Source: Mobula birostris
Lineage: Eukaryota
Length of the DNA: 64,000 nt
Direction: 5' to 3'
Assembly (NCBI RefSeq): GCF_030028105.1
Contig: NC_092379.1
Span: forward strand, 24,979,821 to 25,043,820
Of this stretch, positions 24,400 to 38,785 are shown piece by piece. Position numbers and translations under genes: made by a program. Positions within the stretch are counted from its first letter, which is position 1, and each line of letters begins with the position of its first letter. The notes under the pieces are model-generated. The model was not told the origin of the DNA and ran no database searches. It saw only the letters and a list, made by a program, of their open reading frames with translations.

Positions 24400-26250
24400 G
24401 ACAGAACATCACTAGCAACTGGCAGCCAATCAGACAATGATCATTTTTATCCCACTCACTGCCTCCTACCAATCAGCCAATGCTCTGAACATGTACGTAT
24501 CTTTCCTGTAATACTATGCGTTCTTACACTGGTAAGCAGCCTTATGTGTGACACCTTGTCAAAGGCCTTCTAAAGGTGCAAGTATACAACATCCGCTACA
24601 TCCACTTTATCTGTCTTACTTGTAATCACGAAAAACTATTTTAAACAGGTTTGTCAGGCAATATTATCCCTTAAGGAAATCATTCTGAATTTGTCCTATC
24701 TTGTCCTGAGTCATCAAGTACTCCATGACCTCAACCTTAACAATTGACTCTAGCAACTTCCAAATAACTGATGTCAGGCTAACAGGTCTATAATTTCCTT
24801 CATTCTCTTACAGGGTGGGGTGACACTGGCAATTTTGCAGTCATCTGACAATGTCAGAGACCAATGATGATTGATTAATCATTACTAAAGTCGAAACAAT
24901 CTCTAACGGTACCTCTTTTTAGAACATGCGTGTGCAGTTCATCTTTTCGGGTGACTTCGGTACCTTTTAGCATTTCAGCTTTTGGAGTACATTCACTTGT
25001 AACAGTATCTGCACCCACTACTCTTCCTTCCCACACTACAACATCTGACACCCTGCTCGTTGTTTCCGCAGCGAAGACTAGACAAAATACTCATTTAGTT
25101 CTTTTGCCATTTCCTCGTCCCATGTTACTGTTTCTTCTGCCCCGTTTTCTAGCCGTCCGATATCCACTCTCACCTCTGTTTTATTTTTAACATACCTGAA
25201 AATCCTCTTATTATCCGCTTTAATATTATCAGCCAGCTTGCGTTCATATTTTACATTTTCCCTTCTAATGATTGGTTTAGTTGATCTCTCTAGTTTAAAA
25301 AGCATCCCACTTGTTTACTTTCCCACTAACGCTTACTTTGCTGTACGCCCTTTCTTTTATTTTGTCATCAGCATTCACATTCCTTGCCGCCACTGTTGTA
25401 ATCTTTTGCCATTTGAGTATTTCTTCATTTTTGGAATGCAAATGTCCTGCTCCTTCCTCATTTCACGCAGAAACGCACGGAATTGCTGTTTTGTTGGCAT
25501 TCCTGCCAGCAGTTCCATCAAATTTACATTGGCCAACTCCTCTCTCAGACAATTGTAACTTCCCTTACTCCTCTAAAATAACGCGACGGCAGACTTTAAT
25601 TTCTCTCTATCAAATTTCAAGTTGCATCCAATAATATTGTGGTCCTTGGTTCCTAACGATTATTTTACGTTAAGCTTCCTAATAGCCAAATTTCATTTCA
25701 TAACATCCATTCCTGTGTAGCTGATCACACAGAAGGCTCAAGGACAAACTACTCAAAAAGGTCATCTTTCAAGTATTCAACAAGCTCGGTCTCTTGAATT
25801 CCTTTTCCAAGCTAATTTTCCCAATCGACGTGCATGTCAAATCTCACATGGCTATCATATGACTGCCCTTTTGAAACGCCGTTTTTATATCATATTTTCA
25901 TACATGGACCACCGCCTAGCCACTGTTTGGAGGACCGTATATAAGTGGAATGGGATTGTTTATTTATTTATTTATTTATTTATTTATTGTCTTGGAGTTT
26001 CTTAACTCAACCCACAATGATTCAACATGTTTCGGTCATATGTCACAATTTTTTACAGATATATATTGACATTTTGTAGGCATTCCCTTCCATTACTTCT
26101 GGACTATACTGTGTAAACTAAACAGTCGCAGCATGGTGTGTTCACACATTTCTCTTTTTTCTTGTCCATCCGGTGTAATTTCCGCTCTATACGTCAATTT
26201 GACCTGCGATGCTCAAAAAAATTCTAACCAGCTTCATCATGTGGCCGTCT
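24400..26250 (-). mobile_element. Older degenerate CR1 ORF2 fragment
   Basis: ORF 25078-25305 (YERKLADNIKADNKRIFRYVKNK..DEEMAKELNEYFV) and RT-like sequence at 24540-24800. Confidence 0.6.
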
Positions 26251-26304
26251 CATACTACTTCCGATTTTTTTTTTTTGTTCGCGCAGTCAGAAACTGATCT
26301 ACAA

Positions 26305-29300
26305 GGAACATAGAACAGTACAGCACAGTACAGGCACTTCGCCCCACAATGTTGTGCAGACCCTCAAACCCTGCCTCCTATATAAACCCCCACCTTAGAT
26401 TCCTCCATATACCTGTCTAGTAGTCTCTTAAACTTCTCTAGTGTATCTGCGTCCACCACTGATTCGGGCAGTGCATTCTGCGCACCAACCACTCTCTGAG
26501 TAAAAATACCTTCTTCTTATATCCCTCTTGAACTTCCCACCCTTAACCTAAAGCCATGTACTCTTGTATTGAGCAGTGGTGCCCTGGGGAAGAGGCACTG
26601 GCTATCCTCTCTATCTATTCCTCTTATTATCCTGTACACCTCTATCATGTCTCCTCTCATCCTCCTTCTCTCAAAAGTGTAAAGCCCGAGCTCGCTTAAA
26701 CTCTGATCATAATGCATGCTTTCTAAACCAGGCAGCTTTCTGGTAAATCTCCTGTCTACCCTTTCCAATGCTTCCACATCCTTCCTATAGTGAGGTGACC
26801 AGAACTGGACACAGTACTCCAAGTGTGGCCTAACCAGAGTTTTATAGAGCTGCATCATTACATCGCGACTCTTAAACTCTGTCCCTGGACTTATGAAAGC
26901 TAACACCACATAAGCTTTCTAAACTACCCTATCCACCTGTGAGACAAATTTCAGGGATCTGTGGACACGTACCACGAGATCCCTCTGCTCCTCCACACTA
27001 CCAAGTATCCTGCCATTTACTTTGTACTCTGCCTTGGAGTTGTCCTTCCAAAGTGTACCACCTCACACTTCTCCGGGTTGAACTCTATCTGCCACTTCTC
27101 AGCCCACTTCTGCATCCTATCAATGTCTCTCTGCAATATTTGACAATCCTCTACACTATCTACAACACCACCAACCTTTGTGCCGTCTGCAAACTTGCCA
27201 ACCCACCCTTCTACCCTCACACCCAGGTCGTTAATAAAAATCACGAAAAGTAGAGGTCCCAGAATAGGACCTTGTGGGACACCACGAGTCAAAATACTCC
27301 AATCTGAATGTACTCCCTCCACCACCACCCTCTGCCTTCTGCAGGCAAGCCAATTCTGAATCCACCTGGCCAAACTTCCCTGGATCCCATGCCTTCTAAC
27401 TTTCTGAATAAGCCTACCGTGTGGAACCTTGTCTAATGCCTTACTAAAATCCATATAGATCACATCCACTGCACTACCCTCATCTATATGCCTGATCACC
27501 TCCTCAAAGAACTCTATCAGGCTTGCTAGACACGATTTGCCCTTCACAAAGCCATGTTAACTGTCCCTGATCAGACCATGATTCTCTAAATGCCTATAGA
27601 TCCTATCTCAAAGAATCTTTTCCAGCAGCTTTCCCACCACAGACGTAAGGCTCACTGGTCTATAATTACCCGGACTATCCCTACTAACTTTTTTGAACAA
27701 GGGAACAACATTCGCCTCCCTCCAATCCTCCGGTACCATTCCTGTGGACAATGAGGACATAAAGATTCTGGCCAGAGGCTCAGCAATCTCTTATATCGCC
27801 ACGTGGAGCAGCCTAGGGAATATTCCGTCAGGCCCCGTGGACCTATCTGTCCTAATGCATTTTAACAACTCCAACACCTCTCTCCTTTAATATCAACATG
27901 CTCCAGAACATCAACCTCACTCATATTGTCCTCACCATCATCGTTCCCTCTTATTTGTGAATACCGAAGAGAAGTATTAATTGAACACCTCGCTCTCTTC
28001 CACAGCCTACAGGCACATCTTCCCACCTTTATATCTAATCGGTCCTACCTTCACTCCTGTCATTCTCTTTTTTCTTCACATAGTTGAAGAATGCCTTGGG
28101 GTTTTCCGTTAACCTACTCGACAAGGCCTTCTCTTGCCCCCTTCTTGCTCTTCTCAGCCCCTTCTTATGCTCCTTTCTTGCTTCCCTAAATTCCTCAATA
28201 GACCCATCTGATCCATGCTTCCTAAATCTCATGTATGCTGCCTTCTTCCACCTGACTAGATTTTCCACCTCACTTGTCACCCATGGTTCCTTCACCCTAC
28301 CATTCTTTATCTACCTCACCGGGACAAATGTATCCATTGCATCCCGCAAGAGATCTCTAAACATCGACCACATGTCCATAGTACATTTCCCTGCAAAAAC
28401 ATCATCCCAATTCACACCCGCATGTTCTATCCATCTAGCCTCATAATTTGCCTTTCCCCAATTAAAAAAAATCCTGTCCTCTTTGATTCTATCCTTTTCC
28501 ATGATAATTATAAAGGCCAGGGAGCGGTGGTCACTGTCCCCCTGATGCTCACCCACTGAGAGATCTGTGACCTGACCCGGTTCATTACCGAGTACCAGAT
28601 CTAGTATGACATTCCCCCTGGTCGGCCTGTCCACATACTGTGACAGGAATCCATCCTGGACACACTTAACAAACTATGCCCCATCTAGACCCTTGGAACT
28701 AATCAGGTGCCAATCAATATTAGGAAAGTTAAAGTCACCCATGATAACAACCCTCTTATTTTTGCACCTTTCTAAAATCTGCCTCCCAATCTGCTCCTCT
28801 GTAACTCTGCTGCTACCAGGGGGCCTATAGAATACACCCAGTAGAGTAACTGCTCCCTTCCTGTTCCTGCTTCCACCCATATTGACTCAAAAGAGGGTCC
28901 TGCTACATTACCCACCTTTTCTGTATCTGTAATAGTATCACTGACCAGTATTGCCACCCCTCTTCCCCTTTTTACGTCCTCACTATCCCCCTTGAAGCAC
29001 TTAAATCCTGGAATATTGAGAATCCATTCCTGAGCTGGTGCCAGCCAAGTCTCTGTAATGGCCACTACATCATAATTCCATATATGTATCCAAGCTCTCA
29101 GATCATCAATTTGTTCCTGATGCTTCTTGCATTGAGGTACACACATTTCAGCCCTTCTACCTTACTGTCTTTACACCGTTTATTCTGCTTCTCTTTCCTC
29201 AAAGCCTCTCTGTATGTTAGATCTGGCTTTACTCCATGCACTTCTTTCACTGCTCTATCGCTCTGGGCTCCATTCCCCTCGCAAATTAGCTTAAACTCTC

Positions 29301-30600
29301 GCGAACCATGCTAGCAAACCTACCTCCAAGGATATTGCTCCCCCTCGAGCTCAGGTGCAACCCATCCAATCTGTACAGGTCCCACCATCCCCAGAAGAGA
29401 TCCCAATGATCTAAAAATCTAAAACCCTGCTCCCTGCACCAACTCCTGAGCCAGGCATTCAACTGCCATCTCCTCCAATTCTTACCATCTCAGTCAGGTA
29501 GCACTGGCAGCAATTCTGAGAACGTCACCCTTGAGGTCCTGTTCTTCAGCCTTCTGCCTAATTCCCGAAACTCACACTTCAGGACCTCATCCCTCTTCTT
29601 GCCTATGTCGTTGGTCCCAACATGTATCACGACTTCTGGTTGCTTTCCCTCTCGTACCAGGATATCGTGCACCCGGTCAGAGACATCCCGGACCCTGGCA
29701 CCCGGGAGGCAACAAACCATGAGGGTGTCCCCTCACGTCCACAAAATCTCCTGTCAGCTCCTCTGACTATATAGTCTCCAATGACGACAGCTCTCCTCTT
29801 CTCCGTCCCACCCTTCTGCACCACAGTGTCAGACTCAATGCCGAAGGCTCTGCCACCGTGGTTCACATCTGGTCGGTCGTCCCCGCCAACAGTATCCAGG
29901 ATGGTAAACTTATTACTCAGGGGAATAGCTACAGGGGTGCTCTGCACTACCTGTCTGCTCAGCTTCGCTTCCCCGTCTCTGACTGTCACAAAACGACCTG
30001 CTTCCGACAGCCCAGGTGGACTACCTGCCTGTAGCTCTCATCTATGACTGCCTCATTCTCCCTTATGAGTCGAAGGTCATCCAGCTGCTGCTCCAGATTC
30101 CTTACACAGTCTTCCAGATCACCTAGCCGTATGCACTTCTGGCAGATGTGACTCTGCGGGAGAGGGGCTTTCCCCCAAGACCGCCACATCTCACATGAGA
30201 GACAAATCAACGTCTCAGAAGACATTGTAAAAACTAACTGCGAGCTAGTTTGTCCTCTGCCTCTTCTCGTCGAAGCCTCCCGAGTCAAAGCCTCAAAGCT
30301 CCACTGCTTCACTGGCCCACTCACGCACTGGCCGCTTCGCTTGAGCTACCCCTCTGTTTATCTGTTTGAGCTTTTCAAAATGTTTGGTCACCTGGCCTCG
30401 ACTGCCCAATCAGCAGCTTTCTGCTGAGTCTGAGCGATTCATATCTTGATTGTCCAATCAACGCCTTTCTGCTGATCTATTCAAATCTGGATTGACTTGA
30501 TTGCACAGACCAACTGCCAAAACTGCCAGAATCTCTCGAGTCAAAGCCTCAAGGTTCCAGTCCTTCACTGGCCCACTCACGCACTGGCCGCTTTCCACTT
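26305..30600 (-). mobile_element. Near full-length CR1 LINE (~4.2 kb), frameshifted
   Basis: 3' tail at ~26305. RT ORFs 26517-28295, endonuclease 28311-29146, ORF1 29490-30324 (CLSCEMW..HICQKC; VIHVGTNDIG), 5' UTR to ~30600. Confidence 0.92.
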
Positions 30601-31108
30601 TCCATCTACCATTGTCTTTGGAAATTGCAGTAGCTGGTCTCTATACTGTATTGGTTAGACAACAGAATAATAACAAACCCACGATACCAGAGCTTCTGGT
30701 TCGACTGAGGGTGTTGGGGTCCATAGAGTTATTGACACAGGGGTTATCGCGTGGAATTGCTGAGTTGCAGATAATGCAGACAAGAGCATAATCCCACTGC
30801 TCTTTTTATGTCATTTCTGCTGAGGAATTCTTTGTAATAAAGCAGTGTAGTCTTCATGAATTTTGTAAGCTAGATAGCTGCCGGTGCGATCGCGAGGTGT
30901 CGGGATTCGGGACCTTGGGAAAGGTATACCGATCGTGAAAATATCCTTGTTTTCTAACAGGTGTCACTCTTGAAGATACAGTTGAACTCCCGAACCTAAA
31001 ATATCTTCTGAAGTAGAAAATAATATCTCGCTAACTACCACATTGAAAGCCAACACTTCAAACCCTGTTGATATTTGCTGGAGACAGAGCCACTATTACA
31101 CTCTACAG

Positions 31109-31514
31109 CAGGGTTCCCCAATTAGTTTTTCGCCAGGGCCAAATTATGTCAAGCATGCCAAGCCAAGGGCCAAAACTTCCAGGCTTGTTGTTGTTGTTGT
31201 TGCTGTTTTTTCATTGCTCCAGTAAGTTGTTTTATGGGCAGAAGTTGTCGTTGCTATTATTGTTATTATTATTATTATTATTAATACTAATAATAATATT
31301 ATTAATAGTAGTAGTACTAGTAGTAGCAGTAGTTCTAAAAATAGTTTAGTAATAATTAGGTCTAGGATTCTCAAAGCCTGTGTTGTGGGTCACAAAAAGA
31401 ACAAAAAATGCATCTTTGAAACAAAGTAAGTCCAAACCCAACCATTTAATTGCAACTCTAACTATCACAACTGCCAGTTGTCAAATTGAGAACTCATCTG
31501 GGATTTAAAATACA

Positions 31515-31600
<86 letters not shown>

Positions 31601-32675
31601 GAACATTGTCGTCTTTTCTTCACCACTTCTCCTCCACACGAAAAATTTTAGTAGTACTGCCTTTTCCAGAGTCTGTTCTCTCATTTAATCTTTTTTTAAT
31701 ATATTTTAATTTAGCTACGTAGTATTTGAAGCATGAAGTGTAGCTATAAATGAAATTATCAGTATTATTGTTGTTGTAATATTATTATACCACAATGAGA
31801 TTTACAAATGGACAAAAATAAATTGCTTCACCTACCAATCAGTGTGATAAATAACAGCGACGGGATGAGGCAATCCTTCTGATGTCGTGCCTGTATTCTG
31901 TTGTGGAAATCCTGCGGGACTGGTCAAGATATGCATTGGAGAGTCTGTTTCTGTCCTGGTTGTTGATAGACTTCATTGAAGGAAATGATGACTCACATAT
32001 GTACGTTGAGGGCAACAGTGTGAGTAGGAGCATTGCAATAGGTCTCGTGTTTTTGAATTGAGCTTGGGGAACCACGTTGATCAAAGTCACTCAACTCAAC
32101 GTCCCAGTGTTGTGCTGTGAGCAAATCAGATGATCTCAATTCCAAGACCTCCATCTGAAGAGCTTCCTCATCTATGGAAGGCACCAGCCTTCTGGCCTCT
32201 GCAGTCCACTGGCCGGCGGCCGAAACGGAGAACGGCTGTCTCAGAAAGAGGAGGATGTCACCTGAGAGTTTAGGGGAGCTTTCAAATCGTTCCCTGAAGT
32301 TTTTTGCCAGGCTCGTCAAGAAATCCTTTATCACTGGATCCTCCCGCATTTCGTTCTTCTCACAATGGTCTCGCAGACGTGGAAAGTGGCAATTTTTCTC
32401 GTGGATAACTCTCTCCAAAAGGATCAGCTTTGACCGGAAGGCTTCAATCGCCTCGTACATGTCCACGACTGTGTGGTCGCTGTCTAGTCGAGGACCATAG
32501 ACAGCGCGCAGTACGGGGGCGTGGTTCAAATGTACGGTGTGGGATGAGGTTAAAATAAGTTAGAACAGCGCGCACTTTATTTACATGTCATGCCAAGTTC
32601 GTTTACATTAAGTGCTAATGGGTTTGGTTCTCGTGGTCCGGACCTAGTCAGTGGTCCGGCTGTTAGGGTTGTGTG
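31109..32675 (-). mobile_element. hAT DNA transposon (internally deleted), 8-bp TSD
   Basis: CTCTACAG at 31101-08 and 32676-83. Left end CAGGGTTCCCAA. ORFs 31839-32529 encode the hAT C-terminal dimerisation-type motif (PSTYICESSFPSMKSI..RNRLSNAYLD) and EAIEAFRSKL..HFPRL. Right TIR degenerate. Confidence 0.85.
31512..31596. repeat. (CA)n microsatellite inside the hAT element
   Basis: Direct reading. Confidence 0.95.
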
Positions 32676-33589
32676 CTCTACAGTATCTGAGTCATGTTAT
32701 TGGAAAGAGCTCAGTGAGAGACAAGAACATCAATGATCCACTCTCTGCTATGTTTCGTAAAACTGGTTTGATACAGAACTGTCGATTCGCACGACTGTGA
32801 TATATGGCTCCGTCCTGCCTCTCAATGCAGTGGTCTCTGCACTCGTGAAATGTGGACAAATACGTCTGTGCAGCGAATTCGAGGAATATACTGGGTTATT
32901 TTTGATATGTGATGTTTGTGCAATTAGTCAAAAATGCACCGTGTTCTGTTTTCCATTTGTACTGTCAGAGGCGGAAAAATGAAAAAAAAAAAACGATGAC
33001 AAATGGTGAAGGGGGGCGGCGCTGGGAACCATTATTGGATATTTGAGAGTTTGATGCTCCTGCCATCAAGTTGGAGGCTAGCCGAAAGTAATAGAAGGTG
33101 TTGTTCCTCCAATCTCAGTGTGGCCTGATCACTACAGTGTAAGACGCTATAAATGGTCATATCGGAATGCGAATGAGAGATGGATGTCCACTGATAGACA
33201 CTCCTCCTATGAGTCTGCTGTGCTCATATATTACTGGTGTGTCCTCATGTATATTGGTGAGTTCCGACGCAGTTTAGCAGATGGATTTGTAGAACATTTT
33301 CTTCTGCTCGCCAGAACAAGCGGTACTGCCAGTTCTGTGACGGTGAAAGTTTGGGAAATAGATGAGATGCAAGTGAGGCAAAGTCGTTGGTAGAGGTACG
33401 GAAATTCTTCACTTGAATAAGGAGTAAATATGTGTTGTACTGTAATGGAAAGCTTCAGCCGTAGAACACTTTCGGAGAAACTCAGTAAAGTGAATGATCA
33501 CGTTTATAAGTGACAGCGCGGGAAATGTATTGAAAAGATAGCTGCAAGTCCAGTAGGTTTACGAAAGGTGGATGTAGAGAACAATTCTC

Positions 33590-34190
33590 CAGTGATCGGA
33601 ACAGAGAGATGGAGAAATGGCAAATTTGTCAGACAGTAGTCTTGCAGTTCGCATTGTATACATACTTCAGTTCCTCTGTTATCATGATGAGGTCACTCCC
33701 AGTCTGTCGGAGCAACGTTTTATATTGTGTCATGGTTGCCTCTATCCTTATTGCATAAACATTGATTTATCATTTATTCATTGTCCTGCTTCTCTTCTTA
33801 TTTCATTCAGCACTCCAAAGCCAGCCTTCGCTTTTTTTAACTTGGTCATCACCATTGTCTTGTGACCCGGGCCGTCCTCTTATTCCCATGGTTCACTGGC
33901 ATCTGCTTTCAGATTACTTTGTCTTCCGACCTTTTCGTTTTTGACTCATCACCTGACAGCTGCTCATTTAGTTTTCTTTTCTTCATCCCCACCTTCAACT
34001 TTGTCTCGTTTAACATGTAATCCGTCACATTCCACACCTTCCCCTCACAGATTATAATTTTCTGGTCTATACCTTCTTCCCTTCCGCCTGTAAAAGTCGA
34101 CTTCCCAAAATATAAACTATATATTCCTCCCTATAGATGCTACTCAACCTGCTGACTTCCTCACGCACTTTGCGTGTGTTCCTCTAGATC
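33590..34190 (+). mobile_element. Decayed Penelope-like 3' fragment
   Basis: ctgttatcatgatgaggtcactcccagtctgtcggagcaacgttttatatt parallels the CHDEA..LEEQHLI end of the GIY-YIG ORF at 10450-10510; pyrimidine-rich UTR follows. Confidence 0.55.
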
Positions 34191-37100
34191 GCAGTATATA
34201 AATAATCGCTTGTGGTCATTTGATAATAAATTGGCGTTTGACTTTAATCTCTTCTGCCTGAAATACAAGAAATGAATACGACCTGTAAATCCACAAGGTG
34301 ATTGAGAGGATGTTTTACGGGCCTTGTTCAGACTTCCTTGTTATGACCGCTGGCATGACCAATGGATTGCTAACTGACACAAAAGAGATGGTTTCAAATA
34401 AGCGCATTGAACATTTATCTGAGACATAGAGTAAAGCATTCTACCAGACATCTAAATCACCCTAATTTGAACACATTGCGACACTACATAGTTCGTTATA
34501 ATTCAAATTACCAGGTGCTTCATAAAGTCTCCCGATGTGCACAACTAAACAGCTAAGCATTCAAAAGATACTTAGGTCACTGTGTGCATGGGTCCTCCTA
34601 TATCCGAAGTATCCTTTTCAAGTGGTGCTTTACAACTATTCGTGACCTCAGTCTGAAGTTGAGCCCATGATGAGGAAGTAAAGCAAGCCAGTCCCTTGCA
34701 CGTGCTATTCTTATATCCCCGAGTCGACAGGAACCGAACACTACAGCCATAACGAGCAGGGAAACCAAAGGGGAAATGTGTGCTGCAAACATATAAAAGA
34801 CAAACCAATCAACAACCGGCACGGTAGAAAAGGCATTAAACTGGCAATTAAACTAACCTTTCACGTTGCAGTTCCTGAATAAATTGGAAAGGTTCACAGA
34901 AGGGATTATCTCATACGAGTTGCATTTGTATTTCGTTCGATGCTGGTACATAGCGCACTTGATTGTCGCTCTCCTGAGCATGAAAATGAGACTGTGGCAA
35001 TGGATGAGCATTGCGTTGAAATCCATATCAAAGCATAAAACTTAGATACAGTCTTCCAAAATCCATGTTGAAGCCAATTACCTCTTCTGCCTTGAACGCA
35101 TTGTTAGAGAAGGTGGATGAGGATGATCAAACATAGCCATTGGAACTCTTCCAGATAATGATTTCCCAACCCGGTTTCCACAGACCCCTTGATGATTACT
35201 GTTGCTCCATGGCATAAAAAAAAAAAGAGTATATGCCCTTGTTCTAGATAGCTGCATGTTTACAAACGGAAGGTTATAGGCAAAGTTGCGTATTATGAAT
35301 GCTGGAAAGGTTTAGAGCATTAAGTGTCTTGAATTCGGTCCTGTAGGCATTAGTGTCATCTGACCGTCTTCCCAAATCTGCATTTCCAATGTTCTAGCGT
35401 ATATTTAGCCGTTGCACCTCAGGAGTATTTTGTAAATTTGCCTTGATGATATTCAAATAACTATTCACCTGAGTTTCAGAAGAGATATTTCTACAGATTT
35501 TGGACACTAAGAAACACAAACCAGAACAACAAAAAAAAAACGCAATAGAAATAAATTTGCATTATAAGTGGCGATCTGATATCTCGATGTATGAAAAGGA
35601 CAGCATTTTCGAAGCAGATTCAATATTATTTTTGTTCACATCCTTTGCCTCTTTGTTTAATTGGTGGTGAGCGGACGATTTGAGGCGAAATGTCGGTGAA
35701 AATAAAATCATATTATGTTCATTTATTGTACTTATCGTTCTACGAATGCAACCACAGCCAGATCCGCAGGCCATTGGATTCATAACTTAAACCGTTCTAG
35801 GTCTGCACTCGAAAATAACACAGTGCAGACTTTTAGGGTACACTTAAAGCGAGCTAACGGGTTTTCTCCGTGTACTCCCTCTCGTGGCTTGCGATTTCGA
35901 AATATACCAGATTAGATAAAGGATCTTCAATGTGTAGTAAATTAACCTATATCAATCAGTGATCATAATATGATAGAAGTATAGCAGTCAATTAAATGTA
36001 ACTGGAAGGATTTTCCTTATGTTAATTGCAGTACATATGGTCGGGATGGTTGACTCAAAAGACAATCCTGGATTTGGTTTTGTGGAATGAGCTAGATTTG
36101 ATGAAATTTGATGTATAAGATATTTTGTGCTGATTTTTTCTTAGAATATGAAGACACTCAGTCCTCTTTTTATTGTCATTTAATAATGCATGTATTAAGA
36201 AATTATACGATATTTCCTCCGTTGTGATATCACAAAACACAGGACAGACCAAGTCTGAGAAAAACAAACAAAACGACATAATTATAACATATAGTTACAA
36301 CAGTGCAACAATTCCATACTTGATGAAGAACAGTCCATAGCACAGTAAAAAGTTCAGTCTCATAGACTTTAAAGGGAGAAAAACAGAGTCGTATGAGAAT
36401 GATCCCAGAAATGAAAGACTTATCGTATGTGGAGCATTTTTATGGCTTGCTGGAGTAGAACACTGATGCTAATCTCGTCGTAATGTAACGCATATAATAC
36501 TTCCAGCAGCGGCAAAGTGGAGCCTCAGAGAGAGAAAATTTCAGAAAAGAAATACATTCCGTACATTAAAGAGAAAACTTATTGGCAGATTGTGAATGTG
36601 TTGCACTCCTTGCCAGACACTATTGCGGAGCACATTTACAATACATTCCAAGCAGCAGTAAATATCTTCTTAAATCGAAAGTATGTCACACTTTAGAGGG
36701 AGCCGCCAGCAGAATATAGTTGAGATTTTCTAATAAATAGAGAGCAGAGTGGTAGAGCCAATGTCGAGAGGTCACATAGCTCAATACTTCTCCTGTGGTC
36801 TTATAGTCATCTCCTGTATATAACTCTGAAACATGCTTTAACGTACTATAGTATCTTTATTAGTTCGATGGACAGCCTCACACGCACATAGTTAATAATT
36901 AGATATACTCAATAAATACTGAGGGCTGGAGGTCTGAGCAGGTGAGGTTTGTGTAGAAATTCGGAACTTCGGAGGGTTGTTGATGTTCCAATTTAATACT
37001 TATTTGCGGCTGAGTTCAATGGCTTCGACGTATTGCAGGAAAGATCGGGCGTGGAAGTTTGGAGAGCTCTTAACCCCTAATATGCCGTTCTGTATGATTT

Positions 37101-37989
37101 TGCTGCTTGATCATTCATTGTCCGATGCAGTCTCTAATAGCAGCGGTGATCAGCAGCACATAAATGCAAAAGCACGCTGGAAGCCTTGTGGCGTTTATCG
37201 CGAAGGTGACCAGGTATGGACTCCACGGGACATTGGGAAGAGACCAGGCCTGGTGCGTAATTAGATGGAAGTTATTATACCCGAATTTAAGGATTTAGAC
37301 ATGTCGCTTAAGTAACTGTTTCGGGATCCTCACTGTTTATGACGTTAACAATTACTTTGCGATTTGTGTGATGTCTTCGATGTGAAAGTAAAGAAGTATA
37401 GACAGTTTGAGGGGGTGGGTGAAAAATGAAACATTGCTATTAAAACGGAAAAAAATGGCAATAACGAGCATCAGCAGATCGCACTTGATAGCTGAAAGCA
37501 ACGTTATTAGGAGGATTCTCGGCGGTGCAGATGTACAGAGGAATCTCGGCATCCACATCAGTACATTCATCATTGCTACAACGCAAGTGTGTATAAGAAA
37601 TAAGATGGTGTGCTGTCCTTCATTTGACGGGATATTGATTTTAAAAGACGCGAGAAGATCCTTTTGCTCTGCAAAGATCCGGTTATGCAACACTCTGGTA
37701 AGTATGCTAATTTCCGTCCGTCTCATCACTCGGTTCAGTGAGGGAGCTCAGAATAGTTACCATGAAGCCTCGTAAATTAGACAATGCCTTAAGTGGAATT
37801 TTTGAGCAAACTAGAGCTTTTCGATTTAGACTGGCGCTGGTCTACAGTCAACTTAATAGAATTGCGTAAGATTATGAAATGCATAGACAGTATCCCCCCG
37901 CCCCTCCCCCCAAGGGCGTTAGGAACAAACACAATTATTCTTCCGTTTATGGCGACTGGCCGGAAATTTTGCGTAGCTATCAGAAGTGC

Positions 37990-37990
<1 letters not shown>

Positions 37991-38026
<36 letters not shown>
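37991..38026. repeat. (GTT)12 microsatellite
   Basis: Direct reading. Confidence 0.95.
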
Positions 38027-38399
38027 ATTTTTTCCACACTGAATTGGGGATGCCTTGAACTCCATACGAGAAATGGTAGAACATTCAGGGGGATATTTTA
38101 AAATATACTATTTTAATGTCGACAACAAATTAAGGTTTATTGTCTTTGTATGAGGGAATGTTTGGCGAGATAGTTTAGTTGCTCTAAATTTGTTGACAGA
38201 GCAACATGTGACAAAGTATCCGCAGTGTATTGTCCTGTTTGATTTTCTTTGTTTTATGTTCCATGATATGGCAAACGGCAGATAATCCATCGTTTTATTC
38301 TTTCCTACCTCTAACAGCTTTATCAGAATTGTGTCCTTTTGTCATGTTATGGACATTTCATTTCCTGTAGGAACTCTTAATACTCTTGTGCAGGACTTG

Positions 38400-38785
38400 G
38401 GGAAAGCTAATGCCCCTCCCTCCCGTACCCCATCCGTTATTTGTTTTTATACACACATTCTTTCTCTCACTCTCCTTTTTCTCCCTCTGTCTCTCTGACT
38501 ATACCCATTGCGCATCCTCTGGGTTCCCCCCGCCCCCTTGTCTTTCTCCCCGGACCTCCTGTCCCATGATCCCTTTGCCAATCACCTGTCCAACTCTTGG
38601 CTCCATCCCGCCCCCTCCTGACTTTTCCTATCATTTTGGATCTCCCCCTCCCCCTCCCACTTTCAAATCTCTTACTAACTCTTCCGTCAGTTAGTCCTGA
38701 CGAAGGGTCTCGGCCTGAAATGTCGACTGTACCTCTTCCTAGAGATGCTGCGTTTGCCATTAACTTTGATGTGTGTTGCTAGCAA
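38400..38785 (+). mobile_element. Penelope-like 3' repeat fragment with hammerhead motif (38693-38728)
   Basis: AGTC-CTGACGA-agggtctcggcct-GAAAT-GTC-GACT (C>T in stem III); same 3' sequence as 56100-56260. Confidence 0.75.

Noticed and set aside
34572-34822. CACAGTG on the minus strand (34578-84) and signal-peptide-like ORF
   Set aside because: No nonamer at either spacing and no V/D/J coding features.
35550-35940. Octamer ATTTGCAT + leader-like ORF + CACAGTG (35819) suggesting an Ig-type V
   Set aside because: No nonamer at 12 or 23 nt, and the downstream sequence reads as decayed CR1 endonuclease (AILDLVL..NE, DFP..NC).
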